Positions 55,168 to 64,000 of a stretch of 64,000 bases of DNA are shown in pieces (within the stretch, counting starts at the first letter, position 1; every line of letters starts with the position of its first letter). The position numbers and the translations under genes were made by a program. Under the pieces are notes generated by a model that saw only the letters and a list, made by a program, of their open reading frames with translations, ran no database searches and was not told the DNA's origin. The DNA is from an uncultured Dehalococcoidaceae bacterium (GTDB taxonomy: Bacteria; Chloroflexota; Dehalococcoidia; Dehalococcoidales; RBG-16-60-22): positions 15,236 to 79,235 of the forward strand of contig CAZQQL010000001.1 of NCBI GenBank assembly GCA_964595455.1, read 5' to 3'.

Positions 55168-56865
55168 ATGAACAAAGACATTTTCGTCCTCGCCATTCAT
55201 GACGGCCATAACAGCGGCGCGGTATTATTGAAAAATGGCGCCGTCCTTGCTGCCATCAATGAAGAGCGGATCAATAATATTAAAAACTATAGCGGACCGC
55301 CCCTGGAATCCATCCGGCGGGTTTTCAGGATAGCCGGGGTATCGCCGGAAGCTGTGACCATCATCGCGATGGTCGGCCTGCTGCGCACCCATGCGCCCTT
55401 GAAAGAAGAGCCGGTCCATACCCGGCTTTACCAGAAGCTGACTCCCTATGTCCACAGCCACGCCTTCTGTAATCTTCTCGTGAAAACGCTCCATCCCCGC
55501 CGCAAGATGGATGAGCTGAATGCTCTGTTCAGGGAACTGGGCATCGGGGATCGTGAAGTATTCTTCGTGGAACACCACCTTTCCCACGCGGCCTGTGCCT
55601 ACTACAACCGCCCCTGGGACGGGGACACGCTGGTACTCACGCTGGACGGTGCCGGGGACTGCCTGAGTTCGACGGTCTCCATCGGTCAGAACAACACCAT
55701 GAAACGCATCGCTTCCTCGACGCACTTCGATAGCCCCAGCAACAACTTCTACAGTGAGATCACCGGCTTCTTCGGTCTGAAACGATGGGAGCACGAGTAC
55801 AAGGTTATGGGCCTCGCTCCCTACGGCCGGCCGGAATACTGCATCGACCAGATGCGTGACCTCATCCGTGTGAACCCGGATAAACCCCTGGAATTCCAGA
55901 ATACCAGCGGGCGGTACCTCACCGGCCTCCAGCCGCTCCTGCGGAAAAAGCTCGCCGAGCAGCGGTTCGATAACGTCGCCGCTGCCTGCCAGCAGCACTA
56001 TGAAGAAATCGTCGCCCAGTGGGTGAAGAACTGTATCAGGGAGACCGGCATAAAAAAGATTGCCTGTGCCGGCGGGTCGTTCCTCAACGTCAAGGCCAAC
56101 AAGCTGCTGCGGGAAATGGAAGAGGTCGAGGACGCCTTTTTCTACCCGGCCTCGGACGACGGCGGCACGCCGGTCGGGGCCGCTCTCGAAGCCTACAACC
56201 GCTACTGCGAACGCGAGGCCATCGAAGTCATCAAAGCCCCGATGCAGGACATGTACTACGGCGATGAATATGATGATTCTCGAATGGAAAACGCGATCAC
56301 GGAAAAAGGCTGGCGGCAAAAAGCGGTCCGGTATGATAATGTAGAAGGCGAAGTTGCATCACTGCTGGCGGGAGGGAAGATCATCGCCCGTTTCGGCGGC
56401 CGTGACGAATGGGGGCCCCGCGCCCTTGGGAACCGTAGTATCCTGGCTGATCCACGCAGCATGTCCGTTATCCGGAAGATCAATTTCGCCATCAAGCAAA
56501 GGGATTTCTGGATGCCCTTCGCCCCGGCTGTGCTCGAAGAACGGGCCGACGATTACCTGGTTGATGCCCGGGCCGCCCCGTACATGATCGAAGCTTTCGA
56601 TACTAAAGAAGCCGCCATGGACATCATCGCCGGTCTTCATCCGTTCGACCTTACTGCCCGGCCCCAGACTATCAATAGCTGGAACCCGTCCTACCGGCGC
56701 ATCATCGAAGGGTTCCAGGACCTGACCGGGGTTGGCGGTTTGCTGAATACTTCGTTCAATCTCCATGGATTTCCGATCGTCGGTACGCCGGAAGTCGCCC
56801 TGGACACGCTGGCTCAAAGCGGCCTGGATGGATTGTGCCTGGGCAACTGGCTCGTATTGAAGTAG
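55168..56865 (+). CDS. Carbamoyltransferase (NodU/CmcH family)
   Basis: N-terminus LAIHDGHNSGAVLLKNGAVLAAINEERINNIKN and C-terminus NTSFNLHGFPIV. Confidence 0.85.
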   Translation: MNKDIFVLAIHDGHNSGAVLLKNGAVLAAINEERINNIKNYSGPPLESIRRVFRIAGVSPEAVTIIAMVGLLRTHAPLKEEPVHTRLYQKLTPYVHSHAFCNLLVKTLHPRRKMDELNALFRELGIGDREVFFVEHHLSHAACAYYNRPWDGDTLVLTLDGAGDCLSSTVSIGQNNTMKRIASSTHFDSPSNNFYSEITGFFGLKRWEHEYKVMGLAPYGRPEYCIDQMRDLIRVNPDKPLEFQNTSGRYLTGLQPLLRKKLAEQRFDNVAAACQQHYEEIVAQWVKNCIRETGIKKIACAGGSFLNVKANKLLREMEEVEDAFFYPASDDGGTPVGAALEAYNRYCEREAIEVIKAPMQDMYYGDEYDDSRMENAITEKGWRQKAVRYDNVEGEVASLLAGGKIIARFGGRDEWGPRALGNRSILADPRSMSVIRKINFAIKQRDFWMPFAPAVLEERADDYLVDARAAPYMIEAFDTKEAAMDIIAGLHPFDLTARPQTINSWNPSYRRIIEGFQDLTGVGGLLNTSFNLHGFPIVGTPEVALDTLAQSGLDGLCLGNWLVLK

Positions 56866-56869
56866 AGAG

Positions 56870-58042
56870 CTACCGGTGCGTGGACCCGATAACTTCACGG
56901 TACAATCGTTCGTACTTTTCAGCCCCTCTTTGGAGCGATAGCTCAGCCCGGATATAACTGGCAGCCTTTTGTACCTTTTCCTTCATTTGCCCGGGATCAT
57001 CGATGACCCGGTTGATCATCATGGCCGCCTGTTCACAATTACCGGGCTCAAACAGATATCCCGCATCCATCTTGACCAGGTTTTCACTGGACATCGTTCC
57101 ACTGCTGACCACTACCGGCGTTCCGCATAGAATGGCCTCATACATCACGCGTGAGTTGTACTCGTATAATGAAGGCTGGACGAGGACGTCTGCATCATTC
57201 AGCGCGGCCAGCTTGGCGGGTCCCTGGACGAAACCGGTAAAAATCACTTTGTCCATGATACCGGCGCGATGTACATGCGCTCTGAGCTTGGCGAGGTAAC
57301 CATCGTCATTTCCGGCGATGACCAGCACGACATCGTCTCGTGTAGTACAGAGTCTCGCGAAGGAATCCGCGAGAAAATCGAGTCCTTTTATTTTGTGTAT
57401 CCTGCCCAGGGATAGAATTATCTTCTTGTCATGAATACCGTAGCGTTCGCGGAAACTGCCGCCCGGGGGTATACCGTCAAACTCCGTCATGTCGAACGGG
57501 GGTAAGAGGAGCACCACTTTCTCTCGCTCCACGCCGAATTTCACATATTCTTCGATTGAGGCGTCGCTGTGGGCGATGACCCGGTCGGCTTGATGTAAAA
57601 CTTTCATACCGGTGGCAGTGTCAAACAGGTGCTTGAGCGCCCAGACCGCCGAACGCTTCCCACCGGTTGTCCGCGGCAGGGTACCATGGCTCTCCAGTAT
57701 ATAGGGTACGTTCTGCAGTCTTGCTTCCCGGCTGAGAATGATGTTCTGATAACTTCGGTAGGTCTGAAGATGGATGATGTCGAACTCTCTGAGATGCAGC
57801 CGGGCTTCCCGGCGCAGGGATGGCATATAGCAAAAATTGAACAGATTACTCCGGCAGGGTAAAAGACGAATGTCGATATTGGCTGGCATGGAATCGAGAA
57901 AAGCCTGGTCTTTCCTGTAATCGGAAGCGTAAATAACTACCTGATGACCGCGGGCGGCCAGGGCTTTCGTAACGTCCCGCATCACCGTTACGATGCCGCC
58001 GCCATAAGGAGTGAACATATCGAACGCATGTAAAATCTTCAT
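56870..58042 (-). CDS. Glycosyltransferase family 4 (GT-B, group 1)
   Basis: MKILHAFDMFTPYGGG N-terminus and C-terminal E-x7-E-like region (PSLYEYNSRVMYEAILCGTPVV). Confidence 0.8.
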   Translation of the reverse strand: MKILHAFDMFTPYGGGIVTVMRDVTKALAARGHQVVIYASDYRKDQAFLDSMPANIDIRLLPCRSNLFNFCYMPSLRREARLHLREFDIIHLQTYRSYQNIILSREARLQNVPYILESHGTLPRTTGGKRSAVWALKHLFDTATGMKVLHQADRVIAHSDASIEEYVKFGVEREKVVLLLPPFDMTEFDGIPPGGSFRERYGIHDKKIILSLGRIHKIKGLDFLADSFARLCTTRDDVVLVIAGNDDGYLAKLRAHVHRAGIMDKVIFTGFVQGPAKLAALNDADVLVQPSLYEYNSRVMYEAILCGTPVVVSSGTMSSENLVKMDAGYLFEPGNCEQAAMMINRVIDDPGQMKEKVQKAASYIRAELSLQRGAEKYERLYREVIGSTHR

Positions 58043-58170
58043 TTAGCGGGTTTTATGCTCGCATGCGGCGCGTTGGAATCCCTTGAATAGTGAGTAATTC
58101 ACATTTGCTCCAATACTGATAAGTAGTATACACTAGGGGAGATTATTACGCCTACTATCAGGTTATTCAT

Positions 58171-59469
58171 TTGAAAAAAGTACTGATTGTTGGGTTTTTT
58201 CATCCTTATACCCGTCCCGGTGGAAGTTTCCGTGTCCTGCCGCTTATGAAACGTCTGCCGCAATTCGGCTGGGAACCGGTGATTTTAACCCCAGCCTTAT
58301 TGAAAGGGCAAGACCTGCCATACCGGGTTGCGGGAACGGATTACCGCAATATCTTTCGTGTCTGGCAACGATTGTTTGGGTTTCATGAAGGAGATACCTT
58401 CAAACATCAGGTCCAGTCACATATCGGGGCCGCTTCCCGCAGTAATTTAGTGGAATTCCTCTTTAACCGGATTGGAGAAGTGATCACGTACCCGGACCCT
58501 AACCGCGGTTGGAAGGATTTTGCCCTGGAAGCGGGCAGGAAGTTACTGAAAGACGAGAAATTCGATCTGATTTTCAGTTGCCATCCCACCATAAGCCACA
58601 TCGTATCCCATGACCTGAAAGCGGAATTTGGCCTGCCATGGATTGCGGACTTGCCGGATTTGTGGTCAAGGAATCACAATTACAGATACAGTCCGCTCCG
58701 CAGAGGGCTGGATAAGCGTCTCGAAAAGAGAACTCTCGGTACGGCTGACGTGATGACTACCGTTTCTGAACCCTGGGCGCAAACATTGCGCCAGATCCAT
58801 GAAGGTAAAAAGATACTTTCAATCCAGCACGGGTTCCCGCCGGAAGAACTGAACGACCCCCCGGTACCGTTGACAAATGAATTTTCAATTACTTATACCG
58901 GCAGTATCTATCCGGAGGGGCAGGACTTGAAACTGTTCTTCATGGCAATCCAGCAACTGATAGCTGAAGGAAGAATTCCCGCAAACATGGTTGCGATAAG
59001 GTTTTACGGTTCTCCGGTGGCGCAGATTGAGAAAGACTTCCAGAAATATGGACTCACCGCGGTAGCACGGCAATATGGTGCGGTATCGCGGGCCGAAGCA
59101 GTGAGACGGCAGTCCGAAACCCAGGTGCTGTTGTTTGCCAAGTGGAAGACCGGCAATGAAGCGGGATGGTATTCGGGTAAGATATACGAGTACTTGGCGG
59201 CAAGACGCCCGATACTCGCGGTTGACGGTCGCAGGGACGTTGTCACGCAGTTGCTTGATGAAACCTCGGCCGGCGTGGATGCCCTTGATTTGGAATCGGT
59301 GAAACGGAATTTACTCGATATGCATTCCCAATTTGTAAAAAACGGGGAAGTAGCGTATAACGGGAAGATATCTGAGATACAAAAATACTCCCATACGGAA
59401 ATGACGAAGAGTTTTGCCACGCTGTTTGATTCTCTCGTTGACGGTAAATCTGAAAAAAACATGAAGTAA
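58171..59469 (+). CDS. Putative glycosyltransferase (GT-B-like)
   Basis: TTG start. N-terminus KKVLIVGFFHPYTRPGGS and C-terminal Rossmann-like half. Only the genomic context supports the function. Confidence 0.5.
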   Translation: MKKVLIVGFFHPYTRPGGSFRVLPLMKRLPQFGWEPVILTPALLKGQDLPYRVAGTDYRNIFRVWQRLFGFHEGDTFKHQVQSHIGAASRSNLVEFLFNRIGEVITYPDPNRGWKDFALEAGRKLLKDEKFDLIFSCHPTISHIVSHDLKAEFGLPWIADLPDLWSRNHNYRYSPLRRGLDKRLEKRTLGTADVMTTVSEPWAQTLRQIHEGKKILSIQHGFPPEELNDPPVPLTNEFSITYTGSIYPEGQDLKLFFMAIQQLIAEGRIPANMVAIRFYGSPVAQIEKDFQKYGLTAVARQYGAVSRAEAVRRQSETQVLLFAKWKTGNEAGWYSGKIYEYLAARRPILAVDGRRDVVTQLLDETSAGVDALDLESVKRNLLDMHSQFVKNGEVAYNGKISEIQKYSHTEMTKSFATLFDSLVDGKSEKNMK

Positions 59470-59574
59470 ACCACTAGTAGATATGCAGGTCAGCTTCCAT
59501 GCCTGGCGTATTTTTTTCGGGTTAGAATGCAGTGGGAGAAACTGGATTCCCGGACAAACACGTAGGAGAAAAAG

Positions 59575-60549
59575 ATGAAGAAAGCTCTCGTTTGCGGCGC
59601 CGGCGGGTTTATCGGAAGTCATCTGGTGACCAGCCTGAAACAGGAAGGATACTGGGTACGCGGAGTCGACCTCAAACATCCGGAATTCGCGCCTGCCACA
59701 GCGGACGATTTTACTATCGGAGACTTGCGCGACCCCCGTGTATGCACGAAAGTCGCCGATCAGCCCTTTGATGAAGTTTACCAGCTCGCCGCGGACATGG
59801 GCGGCGCCGGTTTCGTCTTCTCCGGTGACAATGATGCGGATATCATGCATAACTCGGCCCTTATCAATCTGAACATGGTGGAAGCCTGTTTTAAGTCCAA
59901 AGTAAAAAAGATATTCTACTCCTCCTCGGCTTGCATGTACCCGGAATACAATCAGATGGACCCGGATAACCCGAAATGTTCTGAAGATTCTGCATATCCC
60001 GCAGCCCCGGACAGTGAGTACGGCTGGGAAAAGCTCTTCAGTGAGCGCCTTTACCTGGCCTTCACTCGGAATTACGGCATTGATATCCGCATTGCGCGGT
60101 TCCATAACATATTCGGCCCGGAAGGCTCCTGGAACGATGGTCGGGAAAAGGCCCCCGCAGCCTTTTGCAGGAAGATCGCACAGGCTCCGGATGGCGGGGA
60201 AATAGAGATGTGGGGAGACGGCCTGCAGACGCGGTCTTTCCTCTATATCGATGAATGCCTTGAAGGAGTCCGCCGGCTGATGAATTCAGACTTCTCCGGC
60301 CCGGTCAATATCGGCTCGGAAGAGATGGTCACTATCAACCAGCTTGCCGCCATGATCATGAGAATAGCCGGTAAGAAACTGTCCATCAGGCATATTACAG
60401 GACCGCTCGGGGTCCGTGGGCGTAATTCAGATAACCGGTTGATCAGAGAAAAACTCGGCTGGAGTCCTTCGGTTCCCCTCGAGAAGGGCCTGGAGAAAAC
60501 CTACAGTTGGATATGCCGGATGGTGGAGAAAAGCGCCGTCAAGAGATGA
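59575..60549 (+). CDS. NAD-dependent nucleotide-sugar epimerase/dehydratase
   Basis: GAGGFIGSHL cofactor motif and YGWEK catalytic Yxxx(K); extended-SDR length. Confidence 0.85.
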   Translation: MKKALVCGAGGFIGSHLVTSLKQEGYWVRGVDLKHPEFAPATADDFTIGDLRDPRVCTKVADQPFDEVYQLAADMGGAGFVFSGDNDADIMHNSALINLNMVEACFKSKVKKIFYSSSACMYPEYNQMDPDNPKCSEDSAYPAAPDSEYGWEKLFSERLYLAFTRNYGIDIRIARFHNIFGPEGSWNDGREKAPAAFCRKIAQAPDGGEIEMWGDGLQTRSFLYIDECLEGVRRLMNSDFSGPVNIGSEEMVTINQLAAMIMRIAGKKLSIRHITGPLGVRGRNSDNRLIREKLGWSPSVPLEKGLEKTYSWICRMVEKSAVKR

Positions 60550-61724
60550 AAATACTCTGCGTCATCTCAACGCTGGACCTGAAATTTCGCCTGGGTTGCA
60601 CCCCGGCCTGGTGGCAGTTACTCAAGGCCTTGCATGAGACCGGGAATGAAGTCATCGCCACGCCGTACCTGGGAGACCCGGTCCAGGGATTGTGGTGGCG
60701 CACCTATCCCAACCCGTGTAGTTGGGAAAGCCGCACCTATAATGCTTACCTTGACCGCCGCAAGAAAGCCGGTGTCTCTCCAAGTAAGAAGAACGTCCTG
60801 ACACCGGTTGCTGGTTCCCTCATCAACAGTTACATCAGACCGAGATGGCAAAAACACCTTGTCGAACTGTTGAACAGGGAGAAAAACATCGACGCCGTTC
60901 TCGTCATGAACGTTCCCATCAATCACCTTAACGGTATCCCGTCTCTGCTGAAAAAGCAGTTCGGCGTCCCGGTCATCTATTACGATGGTGATATGCCCAC
61001 AAGCCTCCCGAAATATACGGTGAGCCGCGGTTTCAAGTTCAATTACTACGAAGGCGCCGACCTCACCGAGTACGATGCTTTTCTGGCCAATTCCGAAGGA
61101 TGTCTGGAAGACCTCGTCCAGATGGGCGCCAAAAACGTACACGCCTTCCAGTACGGTATCGATACCGACCTCGCCTCTCCTATCGAAGTGGAAAAGGATG
61201 TGGATATCGCATTTTTCGGTTATGGAAGTGATTTCCGGGAAGAATGGATGGAAAAGATGATAACCATCCCTTCCCGGGAGATGCCGGATGTCAGGTTTGC
61301 CGTTGCCGGCGGGGGGTTCGCCATGGACCTGGGTAAAGCCGAATTGCTGGGCGACCTATCGTATAGCGAGTGGCGTCATTTCTGTTGCCGCAGCCGGATT
61401 AACCTCAACATAACCCGCTGGTCTCACACCACCATCTATGCATCGTCCACGTCACGGCCGTTCGAACTCGCTGCCTTCGGGGCCTGCATCGTTTCCCAGC
61501 CGTATAACGGCCTCGAAAAATGGTTCGATATCGGCAGAGAGATGATCGTCGTCAACAGCGCCGAAGAAGCCATCGCCGTGTATAAAACTCTGTTGAACTC
61601 GACGGATGAGAGAGAACGTATGGCTGGACTGGCCAGGGAACGTGTCATGAAGGAACACACCTTCCGTCACCGCGCCCGTCAACTCGCAGGGATAATAAAG
61701 GATGTTTCCAGTAAGGCCGGTTAA
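60546..61724 (+). CDS. CgeB-like glycosyltransferase (Glyco_trans_1_2 type C-terminus)
   Basis: ATGA overlap with the epimerase stop. C-terminal block SRPFELAAFGACIVSQ...VVNSAEEA. Confidence 0.65.
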   Translation: MKILCVISTLDLKFRLGCTPAWWQLLKALHETGNEVIATPYLGDPVQGLWWRTYPNPCSWESRTYNAYLDRRKKAGVSPSKKNVLTPVAGSLINSYIRPRWQKHLVELLNREKNIDAVLVMNVPINHLNGIPSLLKKQFGVPVIYYDGDMPTSLPKYTVSRGFKFNYYEGADLTEYDAFLANSEGCLEDLVQMGAKNVHAFQYGIDTDLASPIEVEKDVDIAFFGYGSDFREEWMEKMITIPSREMPDVRFAVAGGGFAMDLGKAELLGDLSYSEWRHFCCRSRINLNITRWSHTTIYASSTSRPFELAAFGACIVSQPYNGLEKWFDIGREMIVVNSAEEAIAVYKTLLNSTDERERMAGLARERVMKEHTFRHRARQLAGIIKDVSSKAG

Positions 61725-64000
61725 TCGCCGTTATACTGGTAGATCTTGACTTCTGCTGTCTGGTTGCCCGCCTGAAGCGCTGCTTGCTGCGGGGATTCGT
61801 GTACCAGGGTAAAGCCTGCAGGAGCTTCCATCGGTACCGGGCTTACCAGCGGATTAGAACCCACAATGGCGAAATTACCCGATTCCTGGCTGTCGATAAA
61901 GTCCACCGCTTCCTCATAAGACTGTGTTTCCTTGATATTCGTCACCTGCCGGTAAGAACGCCCGGTCGGAGCGTCTGTTTTCATGACATATTCGAGCACG
62001 ACGGGTTTTGCACTCGTTACCGCCCCGGCGCTGAGGTTATAAAGTCTCACCAGCAAGGTCCGGTAGTATGCTTGGTCATAGGCGGTAACCGCAACCAGTT
62101 TTCCCTCCTGCGGCATGGCATAGGTCGTGACATAGTTATCCAGGTCAAGACCTGCCCACTCCACAATAGCCCAGAACTTGGTGGTTACCATGGTATTGTC
62201 AATGACCAGGTACTGTGACCTCAGTTCCTCCAGAAGGGGTCCCCACTCGGATTCATCGGTCGAGAGAAGCAGTTGAGCTACTCCTTTGATACGGTTGGGA
62301 TCCTGAGAGGGATTGGCATTGGGGATGCGGTGGGCTGTACGGGAGATCCAGTACCCATAATCCCACCAGCTCGTAACGGCATAGGCAGTCTCGGGGAATT
62401 CGTATGGCTTCTCATACATCCCGTGAATGGCATCAGGCTCGCCCAGTGGTTCCGGGGTATTGTTTCTCAACCAATCCAGGGATTCCTGCCAGGCATCTGA
62501 GGGCGCATAGGCCGCGGCGCTGGCGACATCCACGGATTTTATCAGGCTGGGCAGAAAGATAACCAGCATTGCGACTACCGTTACAACCAGTACTGCCTTT
62601 TGATGTATGCCCCAGCCTGTTTTCTTTCGCCGAACGGGCTGGCTGGCAGCCGATGCGCGGTGTTTCTTCTTGGGATTGACTCTGACTGCGGCAGGTTTGT
62701 TGCTTGTTATCGTAGCTGTCCCCGTTACTACAGCCGCCTCGGCTGGCTGGGCTGCGATTTTCACCATATATCTAGCTCCTGCCCACCAGATTACCTGCCA
62801 GACCAGGTAACCGGACAACAGGGAGATGTTGACTACCAGGTAGTACGCAAATCGTCGCTGGCCCAGGGTCAGGATCAGGATAATGATGGACCATATGAGG
62901 AAGAATACGAGGCCGCTGTCTTTTCCCCGGTTCCTTATGGTAATGACCGCCATTACGACCAGGCTTATGAGACCGAACCCGGGAATAGGCCACCAGGGGA
63001 ACAGGAAGAAGCTGGTGGTGAAATTACCCCAGGCAACCTGGGTAGAAAAAGAACCGGACGGGGACAAAAACGGCTGCATCTCCATCGTCGTTTCAGCAGA
63101 AGACCCGCTGGGGTTGAAGATAGCAAGTTGATCGATGGCAAAATTGTAGGCTGCCGGTGAAATGGCCCGGAAAACGAGTGCTACGATGACGGCCCCAACC
63201 ACCATCGCGAGCGGATAAAACCCGGGATGCCATTTTTGCCGCTTTATCACCCATGAAAGAACGCTGAGCGCCGGGGGTATAAGTGTGGCGACAATTAATG
63301 GAAGTACGTACCTGAAATTGGGTGCCAGCGGAAAATACATCAATAGGGCGATGGGAAAAAATATGAAAAAACCGGTAATACCAAGATATTCCGTCTGCCG
63401 CCTCATGAGGTGGTCAACAACGAACTGTATGACCAAATATACGGTAATGATGAAGACGAACAGCAGTGCGCCCAACCATGAAATCAGATACAGTCCCAGG
63501 AACAGACTGGCCAGCAGGCTATAAATAATGGGCCGGGCGACCACTTGCCAGTCCCGGTCGAGAATGTTCTTGAAGGTAAGGTCACGTTCTCTGGCGCTCT
63601 TGATAGCCAGGATGACAAACAGGCCGGCCAGCGCGGTCAACAATGTCTCCATAACGTGCTGGTCCGTAAAGCCAAGGATCGAACGGCCGAGATATTCCCC
63701 CGGCATGACGGCAAAGAACCCTGCAGCCAGCAGCCCCGCCCAACGGTTAATCAGCGTTTTACCGATGAAATACACCGGAATGACGGTCAGTGCCGCCAGG
63801 ACCGCCGGATAATAGACACTCATCACATCAATCAGGTGCTGGCTTGGAGAACCGAGACCGAATACCCAGATGACAAGTGCTATGAGAAAGTTGAAGAAAT
63901 GGATCGAACCGTAACTCTGACCATTCGGGTATATCAGGAATGGCTGTAATTGCGTCAGGCTTGGGAAATTATGGACCCAGTTATCGATGATGCCGACTTG
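61721..64000 (-). CDS. STT3/AglB-type oligosaccharyltransferase, N-terminus beyond the window edge
   Basis: WWDYGYWI encoded at 62354-62368. Also TDQH (DxH), TTMEMQP (TIxE/SVSE-like) and IDNTMVTTKFWAI (DK-type) motifs, with more than 12 predicted TM helices. The frame stays open from 63826 to 64000. Confidence 0.8.
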   Translation of the reverse strand, partial: QVGIIDNWVHNFPSLTQLQPFLIYPNGQSYGSIHFFNFLIALVIWVFGLGSPSQHLIDVMSVYYPAVLAALTVIPVYFIGKTLINRWAGLLAAGFFAVMPGEYLGRSILGFTDQHVMETLLTALAGLFVILAIKSARERDLTFKNILDRDWQVVARPIIYSLLASLFLGLYLISWLGALLFVFIITVYLVIQFVVDHLMRRQTEYLGITGFFIFFPIALLMYFPLAPNFRYVLPLIVATLIPPALSVLSWVIKRQKWHPGFYPLAMVVGAVIVALVFRAISPAAYNFAIDQLAIFNPSGSSAETTMEMQPFLSPSGSFSTQVAWGNFTTSFFLFPWWPIPGFGLISLVVMAVITIRNRGKDSGLVFFLIWSIIILILTLGQRRFAYYLVVNISLLSGYLVWQVIWWAGARYMVKIAAQPAEAAVVTGTATITSNKPAAVRVNPKKKHRASAASQPVRRKKTGWGIHQKAVLVVTVVAMLVIFLPSLIKSVDVASAAAYAPSDAWQESLDWLRNNTPEPLGEPDAIHGMYEKPYEFPETAYAVTSWWDYGYWISRTAHRIPNANPSQDPNRIKGVAQLLLSTDESEWGPLLEELRSQYLVIDNTMVTTKFWAIVEWAGLDLDNYVTTYAMPQEGKLVAVTAYDQAYYRTLLVRLYNLSAGAVTSAKPVVLEYVMKTDAPTGRSYRQVTNIKETQSYEEAVDFIDSQESGNFAIVGSNPLVSPVPMEAPAGFTLVHESPQQAALQAGNQTAEVKIYQYNGD

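Noticed and set aside
1-64000. Searched by eye for CRISPR arrays, rRNA/tRNA genes, transposases/integrases, reverse transcriptases and phage structural genes.
   Set aside because: None recognised. All long ORFs are accounted for by metabolic, transport, regulatory or glycosylation functions. This was a visual scan only, so short or degenerate elements could have been missed.

Overview
All calls rest on reading the six-frame ORF track, protein motifs and nucleotide patterns by eye; no database search was run. This is a bacterial chromosomal window: it has lipobox lipoproteins, sigma70-like promoters, a NarL-type two-component system and MazEF. The gene content suggests an anaerobe, possibly Chloroflexota-like, but that is inference only. 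I support about 57 protein genes and saw no rRNA, tRNA, CRISPR array, transposase or integrase.

Gene blocks in order:
- 5'-truncated aldehyde dehydrogenase.
- modABC, preceded by a candidate Moco riboswitch and a terminator.
- A minus-strand catabolic block (SDR, family III CoA-transferase, cupin, cyclase, SDR), followed by a ferredoxin plus AprA-like flavoprotein pair and a MarR regulator.
- Flavodoxin-type redox genes and a PAS histidine kinase / LuxR-type regulator pair.
- A second AprAB-like flavoprotein/ferredoxin pair.
- Two tandem Cys-type sulfatases without signal peptides plus an anaerobic sulfatase-maturating radical-SAM enzyme, divergent from a peptide-type ABC importer and an IclR regulator.
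- An operon of a BchI-like AAA+ ATPase, a BchD-like VWA protein and a degenerate VirB11/GspE-like ATPase, divergent from a PD-(D/E)xK + DUF2075 nuclease-NTPase.
- Nitroreductase, Zn alcohol dehydrogenase, and a Tat-less molybdopterin oxidoreductase with its FeS subunit.
- A BtuFCD-like transporter fused in an operon with FmdE and a SAM methyltransferase, next to URO-D-family and QueG/RdhA-like genes.
- MazEF.
- A glycosylation cluster ending in an STT3/AglB-type oligosaccharyltransferase (WWDYG motif) that runs off the window.

Best candidates for undescribed biology:
- The AAA+/VWA/VirB11-like operon and the adjacent DUF2075 gene.
- The archaeal/eukaryotic-type oligosaccharyltransferase cluster in a bacterial context.
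- The AprAB-like pairs around a cytoplasmic sulfatase island.
- A shared 15-nt hairpin element in two intergenic regions.
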